A stretch of DNA of 64,000 nucleotides from Dehalococcoidia bacterium (GTDB lineage: Bacteria > Chloroflexota > Dehalococcoidia > DSTF01 > RBG-16-68-14), in contig JBBEBM010000056.1 in the NCBI GenBank assembly GCA_040882355.1, positions 1-64,000 on the forward strand, written 5' to 3'. The first letter of the stretch is position 1. Each line of letters begins with the position of its first letter. The position numbers and the translations under genes are program-made. Below, piece by piece: positions 39,440 to 48,776 of this stretch. The notes under the pieces were generated by a model. It saw nothing but the letters and a program-made list of their open reading frames with translations, was not told where the DNA came from and searched no databases.

Positions 39440-40021
39440 TCAAATTCGACGCCGTGTGACGCCGGCGAACCCCAGGACCGCCAGCAGCAGCCCGGCCGAC
39501 GCGACACCGATCGCGAACAGGGTCAGCGTGCCTTGGCTCCCGCTGGTCGGGCCACCCGTGCCGCTCGACGGCAGCGTCGTGTCGTCGACCGTCGCGGTGG
39601 CGTCCGGCGTCCCAGACGCGGGCGTCGTCGGCACGGCCTGAGCCTCGATAGTGAAGCTGAACGTCCCTTCGTCCTCTTCCCCGTCCTCAGCCGACGTCGT
39701 CGACCAGGCAACCGTGTACGTGCCGTTCGGCAGGTCCGCCTGGAGCGTCACGGTCATCGCATTGGCCGGGCCGATTGCGACGTCGTTGTTGTCCACGTCC
39801 TCACTGGCCTCGTTCGTGACGTTCAGATCGTTCGTCCCTGTCGTCTCGAGGTCCGCCGAGAAGGTAGCGTACACCTGCGTCGGCGCCGTGGTCACCGTCG
39901 CGCCGTCGGCGGGCGTCGATGTCTCGTAGTCCGCGTGCGCGAGGGCTTGCGTGACCACAGCCATGGCTAGCACGACACCGGCGACTACCCCCGCGGCGAG
40001 CGATACGTTTCGTTTTGCCAT
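39440..40021 (-). CDS. CopC-family protein with LPxSG-TM-basic (sortase-like) tail
   Basis: ALA|HADYETSTPA, GTYTVAW, LPSSG…TM…RRRI. Confidence 0.85.
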   Translation of the reverse strand: MAKRNVSLAAGVVAGVVLAMAVVTQALAHADYETSTPADGATVTTAPTQVYATFSADLETTGTNDLNVTNEASEDVDNNDVAIGPANAMTVTLQADLPNGTYTVAWSTTSAEDGEEDEGTFSFTIEAQAVPTTPASGTPDATATVDDTTLPSSGTGGPTSGSQGTLTLFAIGVASAGLLLAVLGFAGVTRRRI

Positions 40022-40054
40022 TCGGTCCTCCTTATGTTGCGAACTCGGATTGAG

Positions 40055-40567
40055 TCAGACCCCGGCGCCCAGCCGCGGCGGCCTCAGCGGCGGCGAGATG
40101 ACCACATCCGAGTATTGGCGTTCAATGCCCTCCATGAGCACGGCGGGCAGGTCCAGCTCGGGCAGCTCGACCAGGTCGGCGAAGTTGCGCAGGTTGGGCG
40201 GCGCCGGTTGCTCCGAGCAGCTCGCCAGGGCGCGGTGACAGTGCGTCTCGTGAGTCTTGTGGTCGGCGTCTTGCGCGGGTGTCAACGCCCGGCCTTGACG
40301 AACCGGCATGACCCATGCGCCGGCGCTCCGCTCGGAACGCGCCCCGGCGCTCCCTCGCGCGATCCTCATCGCCTCCAAGTGGGCCGCAAGGGTGTGCGCC
40401 GGCGGCCCCGCCCTCGCAGACTCATCCGCCTCAGGGGAACCGAGGAGCGCGCTCCAGTGGCCCATATACGAGAGCGACGGCAACAGCGCCAGCAAGAGCA
40501 GCGCCGGCGCCGCTGAGAGGAGCCTTGCCCGCGCCTTTCGGAATTCAAGCCGTTTGAGCATGCCCAC
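40055..40567 (-). CDS. Exported His/Cys protein with Pro-rich C-terminus (DUF2946/CutF/CruR-like leader candidate)
   Basis: Signal-like N-terminus; HKTHETHCHRALASC; ends SPPLRPPRLGAGV; first gene of the cop operon. Confidence 0.55.
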   Translation of the reverse strand: MGMLKRLEFRKARARLLSAAPALLLLALLPSLSYMGHWSALLGSPEADESARAGPPAHTLAAHLEAMRIARGSAGARSERSAGAWVMPVRQGRALTPAQDADHKTHETHCHRALASCSEQPAPPNLRNFADLVELPELDLPAVLMEGIERQYSDVVISPPLRPPRLGAGV

Positions 40568-40664
40568 ACATTATCCCAGTCAGCATTACGTACAGCAACG
40601 CGTCCTGGGTTCCATGCGAACCGCTGTTCCATTCGTTCTGCGGCTGGTATCCTGTGAGACGCCC

Positions 40665-42035
40665 GTGACCCAGCCCGCCGTTCTCGACGCTCCCGAGGGC
40701 GTTGTCGCGCCTTCGATGACCCCCACCGTGCTCCGCTTAGCCTGGCCGGTGGTGGTGGAGCGTCTCTCTGTCTCCGTCCTCAGCGCCGTCGACGCCGTGC
40801 TCGTCGGACGCTACGTCGGCGCGGACGGCGTCGCCGCCGTCGGGATCGGCGCGCTCATGTTCTGGGTGCCGTTCGCCGGCGCGTTCGGCCTCGACATCGC
40901 GACGACCGCCGTCATCGCACGCGACTTCGGAGCGGGCGAGACCCGCAACCTGGAACGGACGATGCGCATGTCGCTGCTCATCGCCGTGCTCTGGGGCTTC
41001 GCCGCCACCGCCCTCCTCTGGCCGCTGGCCGGCCCCCTGCTCACGCTGATGGCGGCCGAACCCGAGGTGAAGGCCTTCGGCATCGACTACATCCGCGCCG
41101 CCTCGCTCGGCTTCCCGATGCTCATGCTCCTCTACGCCGCCAGCGGCGTCTTCCGCGGCCTCGGCAACACCATGATCTCGATGGTGATCATCATCGTGCT
41201 CAACATCGTCAACGCGCTCGTCGCCTTCCTTCTCATCAGCGGCGCAATCGGCATCGAGCTCGAGGTGCTCGCTTCCGGCATCGGTTACGCGTGCGGAGGC
41301 ACCGTTGGCGGCCTGTTGGCGCTGGTTGTGCTCGTGAGCGGTTTCGGCCCGGTGACGTATCGCGTGAACCGCGCCTTCGTGACCGGTCGCGCCGAGCTGA
41401 AGCGTCTCATGAATCTTGGTGTCCCGACGGGGCTGGAAGAGGTCCAGTTCATGCTCGCCTTCATCGTCTACAGCCGCGTCGTCACCGGCCTCGGCACCAC
41501 CGCCGTCGCCGCTCACTCGATCGCGCTCCGAACGCTGGAGCTCGCGCTCGTGCCTGGCTTCTCGCTGGGCGCCGCCGCGACGACGCTCGTGAGCCGCTAC
41601 CTGGGCGCCCAGCGCCCCGACCTGGCCGAGCGCGCGGCGAACGTTGGCCGCTTGTGGGCCGTCGGCCTGATGATCGCGATGGGCGGGCTGCTTGCGCTCT
41701 TCGCGCCCCAGTTCGTCTCGATCTTCGTCGACGACCCGGAAGTAGTGGAGGTCGGCACGCAGCTCCTGCGCATCTTCGCCATCGCCTTCCCCTTCATGGG
41801 CCTGCACGCCTCGCTGGGAGGCGCGCTGCGCGGCGCCGGCGACGTCCGCTACGTGCTGGGCGTGCTCACCGTCACCGCCTGGCTCGTCCGCATCCCCGTC
41901 GCCGTGTTCCTGGGCGTCGTGCTCGGCTTTGGCGCGCCCGGCGCGTGGGTCGGCGCGACCTCCGAGAACATCGTGCGGGGCACCCTCATCTGGCGTCGCT
42001 TCCGCCAGGGCAGGTGGAAAGAGAAGGTCGTGTAG
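40665..42035 (+). CDS. MATE family efflux transporter
   Basis: LAWP…VD…VGR…G..AVG, FRGLGNT, LRGAGD, RF..GRW; exact start uncertain (40665 or 40716). Confidence 0.92.
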   Translation: MTQPAVLDAPEGVVAPSMTPTVLRLAWPVVVERLSVSVLSAVDAVLVGRYVGADGVAAVGIGALMFWVPFAGAFGLDIATTAVIARDFGAGETRNLERTMRMSLLIAVLWGFAATALLWPLAGPLLTLMAAEPEVKAFGIDYIRAASLGFPMLMLLYAASGVFRGLGNTMISMVIIIVLNIVNALVAFLLISGAIGIELEVLASGIGYACGGTVGGLLALVVLVSGFGPVTYRVNRAFVTGRAELKRLMNLGVPTGLEEVQFMLAFIVYSRVVTGLGTTAVAAHSIALRTLELALVPGFSLGAAATTLVSRYLGAQRPDLAERAANVGRLWAVGLMIAMGGLLALFAPQFVSIFVDDPEVVEVGTQLLRIFAIAFPFMGLHASLGGALRGAGDVRYVLGVLTVTAWLVRIPVAVFLGVVLGFGAPGAWVGATSENIVRGTLIWRRFRQGRWKEKVV

Positions 42036-42128
42036 AGGTTAGCCGCCTGCCGACTGAAGTCGCCAGCACAGACGCACCGAAGCCGCGCAATTGAGTACGC
42101 GGATTACGGTCGTCCTCCACCCGTCTGC

Positions 42129-42197
42129 GTAGCTGCAGACCTTCAGGTCTGCCGAACGGCTGTCCCCTCCGGGCAGGGCTAAAGCCCCTGCAGCTAC
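42129..42197. repeat. REP doublet (REPIN-like): two inverted GTAG-initiated palindromes
   Basis: gtagctgcagacct-tc-aggtctgc … gcagggctaaagcccctgcagctac. Confidence 0.65.
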
Positions 42198-42282
42198 GGA
42201 GACGCCACGAACGCGCGCCTTGCGGCCTTCACCCCTCTCGTAGTATGACGAGGGCGTCCCGACCCTGAAGGAAGGCATTCCC

Positions 42283-43509
42283 ATGACTGAAGCCCTCGCC
42301 ATCGACGGAGGCGCGCCCGTCCGCACGAAGCCCTTCCACCGCTGGCCCGTCTTCGACGAGCGCGAGGTCGACGCGCTGCGCGAGGTCGTCGAGAGCGGCA
42401 ACTGGGGCGGCTTTCCGTCGCCCAACGTGCAGGCGTCGCAGTTCGCGGAGGCGTTCGCCGCCTACCAGACCGCCGCCTTCGGCATCTGCACCTCCAGCGG
42501 CACCACAGCACTCGAGGTCGCCCTGAAGGCGGCGGGCATCGGCCCCGGCGACGAGGTGATCATCTCCGCGCTGACGTTCGTCGCGACCGCCGCCGCGCCC
42601 CTCTACATGGGCGCCGTCCCGGTCTTCGCCGACATCGACCCCGAGACGTGGTGCGTCGACCCAAACGCTGTCGAGCAGGCGATCACGGAGCGCACAAGGG
42701 CGATCATCCCGGTGCACCTCGGCTCGCGCATGGCGGACATGGACCGCATCATGGCGATCGCGCGCCGCCACGGCCTGCGCGTCATCGAGGACTGCGCCCA
42801 CATGCAGGGCGGGTTCTGGCAGGGCAAGGGCGCCGGGTCGATCGGCGACCTGGGCTGCTTCAGCTTCCAGAACAGCAAGCTGATGACCGCCGGCGAAGGC
42901 GGCGTCATCCTCACCAGCGACGAAGAGCTGGCGACGCGCTGCCACGCCTACGTCGACTGCGGCCGCCTCCGCCCGGGCGACAAGCCCTCGTACTCGCAGG
43001 GCGTCTTCGGCTGGAACTATCGCATCACGGAGTTTCAGGCGGCCGTGCTGCGCGTCCAGCTCGAACGCCTACCCGAGCAGACGCGCGTCCGCGAGGCGAA
43101 CAAGCGCCTGCTCGCCGAACGCCTCGAGCGGATCGAGGGCGTCGCAACGCTCAGGCTGGACGGGCGCTTCACCTCGCCCTCCGGCTACGGCGTCTACTTC
43201 AAGTACGTGTCGGACGCGTGCGGAGGCGTCCCCCGCAACCGATTCGTCGGCGCGCTGCGGAAGGAAGGCATCCCGGCGTCCGGCGACTTCTACGCGCCCG
43301 TCTACAAGGACAGCCTCTTCGCCTGGCGCGACACGAACCTGCCCGTCGACTACAGCGACGTGCACTGCCCCAACGCCGAACGCGCCGCCTTCGAGGAGAG
43401 CGTCTGGCTGCCGCACCAGCTCTTCCTCGGCCCGCCCGAGGACGTCGACGACATCGCGACCGCCATCGAGAAGGTGACGACGGCGTTCCGCGCGCAAGGA
43501 GCATCATAA
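42283..43509 (+). CDS. DegT/DnrJ/EryC1/StrS PLP aminotransferase (RifK/BtrR-like N-terminus)
   Basis: LAIDGG.P…WP.FD, SGTTAL, IEDCAH, FSFQNSKLMTAGEGG, NYRITE. Confidence 0.92.
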   Translation: MTEALAIDGGAPVRTKPFHRWPVFDEREVDALREVVESGNWGGFPSPNVQASQFAEAFAAYQTAAFGICTSSGTTALEVALKAAGIGPGDEVIISALTFVATAAAPLYMGAVPVFADIDPETWCVDPNAVEQAITERTRAIIPVHLGSRMADMDRIMAIARRHGLRVIEDCAHMQGGFWQGKGAGSIGDLGCFSFQNSKLMTAGEGGVILTSDEELATRCHAYVDCGRLRPGDKPSYSQGVFGWNYRITEFQAAVLRVQLERLPEQTRVREANKRLLAERLERIEGVATLRLDGRFTSPSGYGVYFKYVSDACGGVPRNRFVGALRKEGIPASGDFYAPVYKDSLFAWRDTNLPVDYSDVHCPNAERAAFEESVWLPHQLFLGPPEDVDDIATAIEKVTTAFRAQGAS

Positions 43510-44567
43510 TGGCGGAGCCGTGGGATTGGGAAGAGTCACACCTGGTAGCTCTCGTGAAGCAGCGAGCCACGGAGGGGCCCGACCTCGACTTCAAGGCGTC
43601 TGCGGCCATTGACTTCTCAACACCGGAAGCCCGCGCGAAGAGTAGGTTCGACTTGACCAAAGACGTTTCATCGTTCGCCAACTCAGCAGGTGGGACACTA
43701 ATCTACGGAATCATTGAGGATAGGAAGACACACACGGCCCGAAAGCTGGATGTCGGGTACGACCCAGGCGTCGTCAACCACGAACGGATCGGGCAAGTCA
43801 TTAACTCAATCAAGCCTCGTCTTGCAAACGTGCGCGTGCGGCGAATCGAGCTCAGCACGAACAGCCCAGGCAAGGTCGCATATGTCGTCGTGGTACCCCA
43901 GGCTTCCACGGCACACCAGGCAAGCGACAAACGCTACTACAGACGTTTCAATTTCGAGGCTGTGCCGATGGAGGACTACGAAATCCGCGACGTAATGCGG
44001 CGATCGAGTGCACCGAGGATAGCGATTGAGGTGGGGATAGAAGGAAACAAGGCTGGGCCTGTTACGTTCGCTCGCCGCGCAACTACCTTCGGCTGCCCAC
44101 CCATGGATGTCTATGTCACCAACGAACCCTCGGCGGACATTTGCGAATACGCACAGCACCAGCTCTTCTTGCCCGCCAGCCTAGAAAGCAGCGCTGAAGC
44201 GCCCGTGCGCGATGCCGGCCTAGAGGGAACGTACCGTGTGCCCCTCCGGCCATCGCAAAGCAAGCTGAGTTCCGGGACAGGTTCAGTGGCCCTGCGCCGC
44301 TACCAGTTCGAGTACACACCCCGAGACTTGCCCCTGTTCTCAGGCGAGCGTCGCCGCTTATGCGAGCTCAGAGTGGATTACCCTGCAGAAGCGGGCGGTG
44401 AAGGATCGTGGTTCTGCGTTCTATGGAGATGCCGCGCCCCTAGAAGCGAGCCCTCTACTGGCGCCTTGCTGTTTCGTCAGGAGCTGGATGAGCACTGGCA
44501 GTTTGAGCCCCTCACGATAGAGGCTCTTGAGCAGTCGCTTACGGCCAAGATCCACCTGGGAGACTGA
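43509..44567 (+). CDS. AlbA_2/Schlafen-like domain protein
   Basis: EGPDLDFK, KDVSSFANSAGGTLIYGI, HQ…YYRR; ATG overlaps the upstream stop; codon usage atypical for the window. Confidence 0.82.
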   Translation: MAEPWDWEESHLVALVKQRATEGPDLDFKASAAIDFSTPEARAKSRFDLTKDVSSFANSAGGTLIYGIIEDRKTHTARKLDVGYDPGVVNHERIGQVINSIKPRLANVRVRRIELSTNSPGKVAYVVVVPQASTAHQASDKRYYRRFNFEAVPMEDYEIRDVMRRSSAPRIAIEVGIEGNKAGPVTFARRATTFGCPPMDVYVTNEPSADICEYAQHQLFLPASLESSAEAPVRDAGLEGTYRVPLRPSQSKLSSGTGSVALRRYQFEYTPRDLPLFSGERRRLCELRVDYPAEAGGEGSWFCVLWRCRAPRSEPSTGALLFRQELDEHWQFEPLTIEALEQSLTAKIHLGD

Positions 44568-44582
44568 TTCGGAAGCGCGCCC

Positions 44583-44650
44583 ATGAACCTAACCCTCCAC
44601 GCCCTCACGCCCGACCGCTGGCCGGACCTCGAAGCGCTCTTCGCACGGGG
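44583..44650 (+). pseudogene. Truncated GNAT acetyltransferase N-terminus
   Basis: MNLTLHALTPDRWPDLEALF resembles a common GNAT start; similarity is lost after about 22 codons. Confidence 0.45.
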
Positions 44651-44687
44651 CACCGAGACCGACCCGGTGATGCGCGATGACTATCTG

Positions 44688-44707
44688 GTGATGTCTCTTG
44701 ACATCAC
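44688..44707. promoter_or_regulatory. Palindromic operator overlapping TTGACA upstream of the TA pair
   Basis: GTGATGTC-tctt-GACATCAC; TTGACA at 44698-44703. Confidence 0.6.
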
Positions 44708-44736
44708 ATGCTATCTCATGCTAACTAGAGTATACG

Positions 44737-45294
44737 ATGGCTATCGAACGGCCTGAACGCCTGCTGACCGTCAAGGAGGTGGCGGAGCGCCTGCGGGTAC
44801 ACCCGATCACTGTGCGCCGCCATATCAAGGCGGGACGCCTGAGCGCCGTGCGCATCGGGCGCAGCGTGCGAGTGCCCGAGGCAGAGCTGACGAAGCTCTC
44901 GTCGCCCGGCCCTGGGTATGAGCCCGGCCGTCAGACGACCGAACCGCGTAACCGGATCGCTGAGAGCGCCGTCGCCTATCCTATGCGCAGGAGCACGCCG
45001 ATGAGAGCATCAACCCATGATTTGTCGCCGGACCGAGATGAAGGTGACCGTCGCCGGGAAGTCTTCGAGGAGATGCGCGCCCTGCGGGCGAAGATGGCGC
45101 CGCTGGCCATGACCACGTCAGAGTTGGTCCGCGAGGGCCGCCGGGAACTGGAACTGCGGGGCCCTCGTTGGCGGAAGCCCTTCGATGAGATGCGCGCCCT
45201 GCGGGAGCAAATGAAGCCGCTCGGCATCAGCACGGCCGAGCTGGTGCGGCAGGCGCGGACCGCCCGTGAATGGATGTACGAAGGTGACGACTAA
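44737..45294 (+). CDS. Excisionase-like HTH (HTH_17) antitoxin candidate
   Basis: LLTVKEVAERLRVHPITVRR..K.G.L.A.RIG; duplicated C-terminal helix motif; overlaps the PIN gene. Confidence 0.8.
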   Translation: MAIERPERLLTVKEVAERLRVHPITVRRHIKAGRLSAVRIGRSVRVPEAELTKLSSPGPGYEPGRQTTEPRNRIAESAVAYPMRRSTPMRASTHDLSPDRDEGDRRREVFEEMRALRAKMAPLAMTTSELVREGRRELELRGPRWRKPFDEMRALREQMKPLGISTAELVRQARTAREWMYEGDD

Positions 45295-45736
45295 TAGGGG
45301 CTGGGTCGTCGACGCCTCCGTTGTTCTCAAGTGGTCGCTGCGGGATGAGGAGTTCCTAGACGAGGCCGATGCCCTATACGAGGCATTTGTCGACCGGGCG
45401 ATCGACCTTGTCGCTCCGTACTATGTTCGATATGAGATCGCGAACAGCCTGGAGGTCGCTCGGTTACAGGGCCGTATCGATGCTCCGTCATCGGAACAAC
45501 GCCTTCGCCTCTTCGTCCAGACAGACATCGGAGCCCATGAGGATGACGACACGTTGCTGATAGAGGCGATGCGATGCGCGCGCCAGCACAAGATCGCGCT
45601 CTACGATGCCCTGTACGTCGCCCTCGCCGAACGCTTGGGTTTCGCGTTCGTGACAGCGGATCGTCGTCTGCACCAACGCCTCGACTCGGGCGTTCAGTGG
45701 GTCCATTGGATCGGAGAGGTCCCGGCTGTTCTATGA
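45284..45736 (+). CDS. vapC: PIN-domain (VapC) toxin
   Basis: VVDASVVLKW, E..N, LYDALYVALA, VTAD. Confidence 0.9.
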   Translation: MTTNRGWVVDASVVLKWSLRDEEFLDEADALYEAFVDRAIDLVAPYYVRYEIANSLEVARLQGRIDAPSSEQRLRLFVQTDIGAHEDDDTLLIEAMRCARQHKIALYDALYVALAERLGFAFVTADRRLHQRLDSGVQWVHWIGEVPAVL

Positions 45737-47067
45737 CCCTCACCGCCGGCGCCGCCTCCGTCGTCACCACGCCGCCCGTGGGCACGCCCATGGAGGGCTA
45801 CAGCGCCCGCGCCGACGTCTCTCAGGGCGTGCACGACGACCTCCACGCCCGCGCGCTCGTCCTAGATGACGCCGAGGGCGCCGTAGCGGTGGTCGCCTGC
45901 GACCTGCTCGGCGTCGACCGGCGGATGGTGGCGCGGGCGCGGCAGCTTGCCGGCGACGCGACGGGCATCGCGCCGGAGCGCATCCTTATCGCCGGCACGC
46001 ACACCCACTCGGGGCCGGTCGTGCTCGCGCGCGACCCGGACGACCCGTTGCTGCAGGTGCTCGCCGGGCACATTGCGGGCGCGATCGCCGCTGCGTATCG
46101 CGCTCGACGGCCAGCCGTGCTCAAGGCCGGCTCCACGACCGTCGCGTCTGTCTCGCAGAACCGGCGTCACCCGGACTGGCCCGTCGACACCACCCTCTCC
46201 ATCCTCCTCCTCGACGACCCGGATCCGGCGTCCGGCGCGCCGCCCATCGCCGCGGCGATCAACTTCGCCTGCCACGCGACGGTGCTCTACCACACCAACC
46301 TCCTCCTCTCCGCCGACTACGCAGGCGCCGCCGTGCGCACGGTCGAGCGCGTCTTCCCGGGCGTCGGCGCGCTGCTGCTCAACGGCGCCTGCGGCAACGT
46401 CAACCCGGCCTGGATCGTGCAGGACTATTCGGAGGCGGAGCGCGTGGGCGCCGTCGTCGGCGCGGCGGCGGCGCGGCTGATCGGCGAGCTGCGACCGCTC
46501 GGGCCGGGCCAGCGCGCCCACAACATCCGCTGGGACGAGCACATCGAGCTGCCCGTCTCGTCTGGCGCGCTCGTGCCGGACGTGCGCCTGCGCGCCGCCA
46601 GCCGCCGCGTCGAGCTGCCGGTGAAGACGTTCCTGCCGCAGGACGAGTACGACTCGACCCTGCGCGAGTTGGAGGCGCGCCTGGCGGCCTCGCCCGACCG
46701 CGACGAACGACGGCGCGTGATGGAGCCGCTCTCTCGCCTCCGCACCGAGCGCACCGTCGCCTCGCGCATGGCCGGACGCGACCGCCCGATCTCGGCGGAG
46801 CTGCAGGCGATCGGCCTCGGCGAAGGGCTGGCGCTGCTCGGCCTGCCCGGAGAGTTCTTCGTCGAGACGGTCGCCGACATTCGCCAGCGCTCCGGCCTGC
46901 GCCACCTGCCCGTCGCCTGCTACGCGAACCACTACGTCGGCTACGTCGTGCCGCCCGCCGCCTACGATGAGGGCGGCTACGAGTCGGGCGTCACCTGGCT
47001 CGCGCCTGAAGCGGAGGGCATCGTCAAGCACGACGCGCTGTCGCTGCTGCGTGAGGTGGCGGGGTGA
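45733..47067 (+). CDS. Neutral ceramidase-like metallo-amidohydrolase
   Basis: MEGY..R…GVHDDLHARAL, THTHSGP, NFACH, SADY, NGACGNVNP, PGEFF, GGYE. Confidence 0.85.
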   Translation: MTLTAGAASVVTTPPVGTPMEGYSARADVSQGVHDDLHARALVLDDAEGAVAVVACDLLGVDRRMVARARQLAGDATGIAPERILIAGTHTHSGPVVLARDPDDPLLQVLAGHIAGAIAAAYRARRPAVLKAGSTTVASVSQNRRHPDWPVDTTLSILLLDDPDPASGAPPIAAAINFACHATVLYHTNLLLSADYAGAAVRTVERVFPGVGALLLNGACGNVNPAWIVQDYSEAERVGAVVGAAAARLIGELRPLGPGQRAHNIRWDEHIELPVSSGALVPDVRLRAASRRVELPVKTFLPQDEYDSTLRELEARLAASPDRDERRRVMEPLSRLRTERTVASRMAGRDRPISAELQAIGLGEGLALLGLPGEFFVETVADIRQRSGLRHLPVACYANHYVGYVVPPAAYDEGGYESGVTWLAPEAEGIVKHDALSLLREVAG

Positions 47068-48776
47068 GCGAGACACGACTGGACACGATCCTGGCTCGTT
47101 ATGACGACCACCTGAGCTACTGGTCCACACTGCCCGAAGAGGAACATCCAAACGACCTGGCCCCTTGGGTCGAAGACAAGGATTGGGACAGGCCGTTTTG
47201 GTTTCGGCTGGTCCCGGCTGGCGTGGAAATTCCAGATAACGCCTTAGGTAGCCTGGCTCTTAAGGCGGTAGAGACGGGCACGATTGATCGCTTTAAGCGC
47301 GACTGGGCCAACCTGCTTCCGCTGCAGGAGGAGGCCCGGGAAGCGAGGGCAGAGAAACGCGACGTGTCTTGGGGTTTCGCGAGGCGCTCCGCCGTGATGC
47401 TCGAACTAGCAGCAGACCCGTTCTTTCAAGCGCTGGGTGGTGAGTTCTCGGAGGACGACTGGCGAAGCTGGGCCCTGGTCGCGGCGAATGTTTCGTTTTG
47501 GCCGGAAGCAGCGGAGCGCCTATATGCGAGGGCCATTTCTCTCCATGACTGCGCAGAGCTGCGATGCGACCGGGCATCCTGCCTTCTGGAGCTAGGATTA
47601 GTCGATCAGGCCCTCGCTGAGTGCACGGCGGGCCGGCGAGCGCGGCCGGGCGTACTCGTGCTGCGGATCGGCGACGAGCTGGCCCACCGCGGACAAACCG
47701 CGCCAGGAACCCGCGCATATGAGCTTGCTGCGGAGCTGGCGCCCAACCCGAAGCTCCAGCTAGAGATTGGGTGTCTGCTCCTAGGGCGCGCTCATGTGCC
47801 ACATCTTCCCTGGGTCTACCCGTTCTTCGAGGCCGAAAACGTGGACTCGGTACTCGCCGATGGTTTCCTTCCAAACGCGCCGCCCATCGGTTTGGGGGCT
47901 ATCGGCCGGCTGGCCCTAACAGCCATAGGACGGGCGCATCGTCTCTTCGCCGGGTTTTCCTCTGGAGACTGGAGCGGGACCCACCTTGGAAGCGACGCCG
48001 ATATATGGGACGACATAGCAGTAAGAGCACTTGGTATCACCTTCGCCGCCTTGAACGATCATCAAGGTGTAGCCGCCGCATGGGAAGATCTTGTCACCAG
48101 AGGGTGGGGAGCCGACGAGCTGCAGGAACAACTCATGGAACCATCACTGTGGCAACCTATCGAAGCATCGCTGAGCGTTTCTGATGACACCGCCATTGAT
48201 CCGGCAGCTAGCCTGAAGGAGATAGTGGGCGAGGACTGGCTCTTTCTTTCTGGCGAAACGAAGCGGCATTTGGAGGCTGCCGAGCGCCACTTCAGGGATG
48301 CTAGGAGAGGCGAGCTAGTAGGCGACGACGCTATCATCCGCTACACCAGGGCGTTCGAAGCACAGGTCGAGGAGACGATTGCCCAGCTGACCGCCGGTAG
48401 AGGCGTGAAGCGTAAGGAGCGCCAGAGCAGTTTCGAAGCGCTGATGCACTGGCAAAAGGACTCCTTTCCGCTGGTCAAGGCGGATGTCGTACGAAGACTA
48501 GCCGAGCAGCAACTCGATCACTGGCTTGACTTCCTGCTGATCGACTTGCCGCAACTGTGGAATGGTCGACCACCGCAGTACAGGGGCATGGGCTTTTTCA
48601 GGCAGCGTTTTGCCGCACACGGGCGACCATCGGGGACTCCTGCCCGGCCAAGGAATGAGGTAGAACCCGTGCGGCGCGCGCTGCTCGAGCAAGAAGAGAA
48701 TGTCCCCTCAACAATGCAACGTCTTGGAAGACTAGCAAGCGAGATTGCAAGGCGGCGCGGAATAACGAGGGAATGA
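47064..48776 (+). CDS. Hypothetical helical/TPR-like protein, atypical composition
   Basis: 570-aa ORF with GTGA/ATGA overlaps on both sides; TPR-like AERLYARAI…RASCLLELG segment. Confidence 0.65.
   Translation: MSETRLDTILARYDDHLSYWSTLPEEEHPNDLAPWVEDKDWDRPFWFRLVPAGVEIPDNALGSLALKAVETGTIDRFKRDWANLLPLQEEAREARAEKRDVSWGFARRSAVMLELAADPFFQALGGEFSEDDWRSWALVAANVSFWPEAAERLYARAISLHDCAELRCDRASCLLELGLVDQALAECTAGRRARPGVLVLRIGDELAHRGQTAPGTRAYELAAELAPNPKLQLEIGCLLLGRAHVPHLPWVYPFFEAENVDSVLADGFLPNAPPIGLGAIGRLALTAIGRAHRLFAGFSSGDWSGTHLGSDADIWDDIAVRALGITFAALNDHQGVAAAWEDLVTRGWGADELQEQLMEPSLWQPIEASLSVSDDTAIDPAASLKEIVGEDWLFLSGETKRHLEAAERHFRDARRGELVGDDAIIRYTRAFEAQVEETIAQLTAGRGVKRKERQSSFEALMHWQKDSFPLVKADVVRRLAEQQLDHWLDFLLIDLPQLWNGRPPQYRGMGFFRQRFAAHGRPSGTPARPRNEVEPVRRALLEQEENVPSTMQRLGRLASEIARRRGITRE

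Noticed and set aside
42648..43508. 639-aa ORF implying a long N-terminus for the AlbA_2 protein
   Set aside because: The upstream part is an off-frame overlap with the aminotransferase; the likely start is the ATG at 43509.
44737..44900. Excisionase indicating a prophage or ICE
   Set aside because: No integrase or phage genes nearby; the HTH is fused to VapB-like motifs and overlaps vapC.
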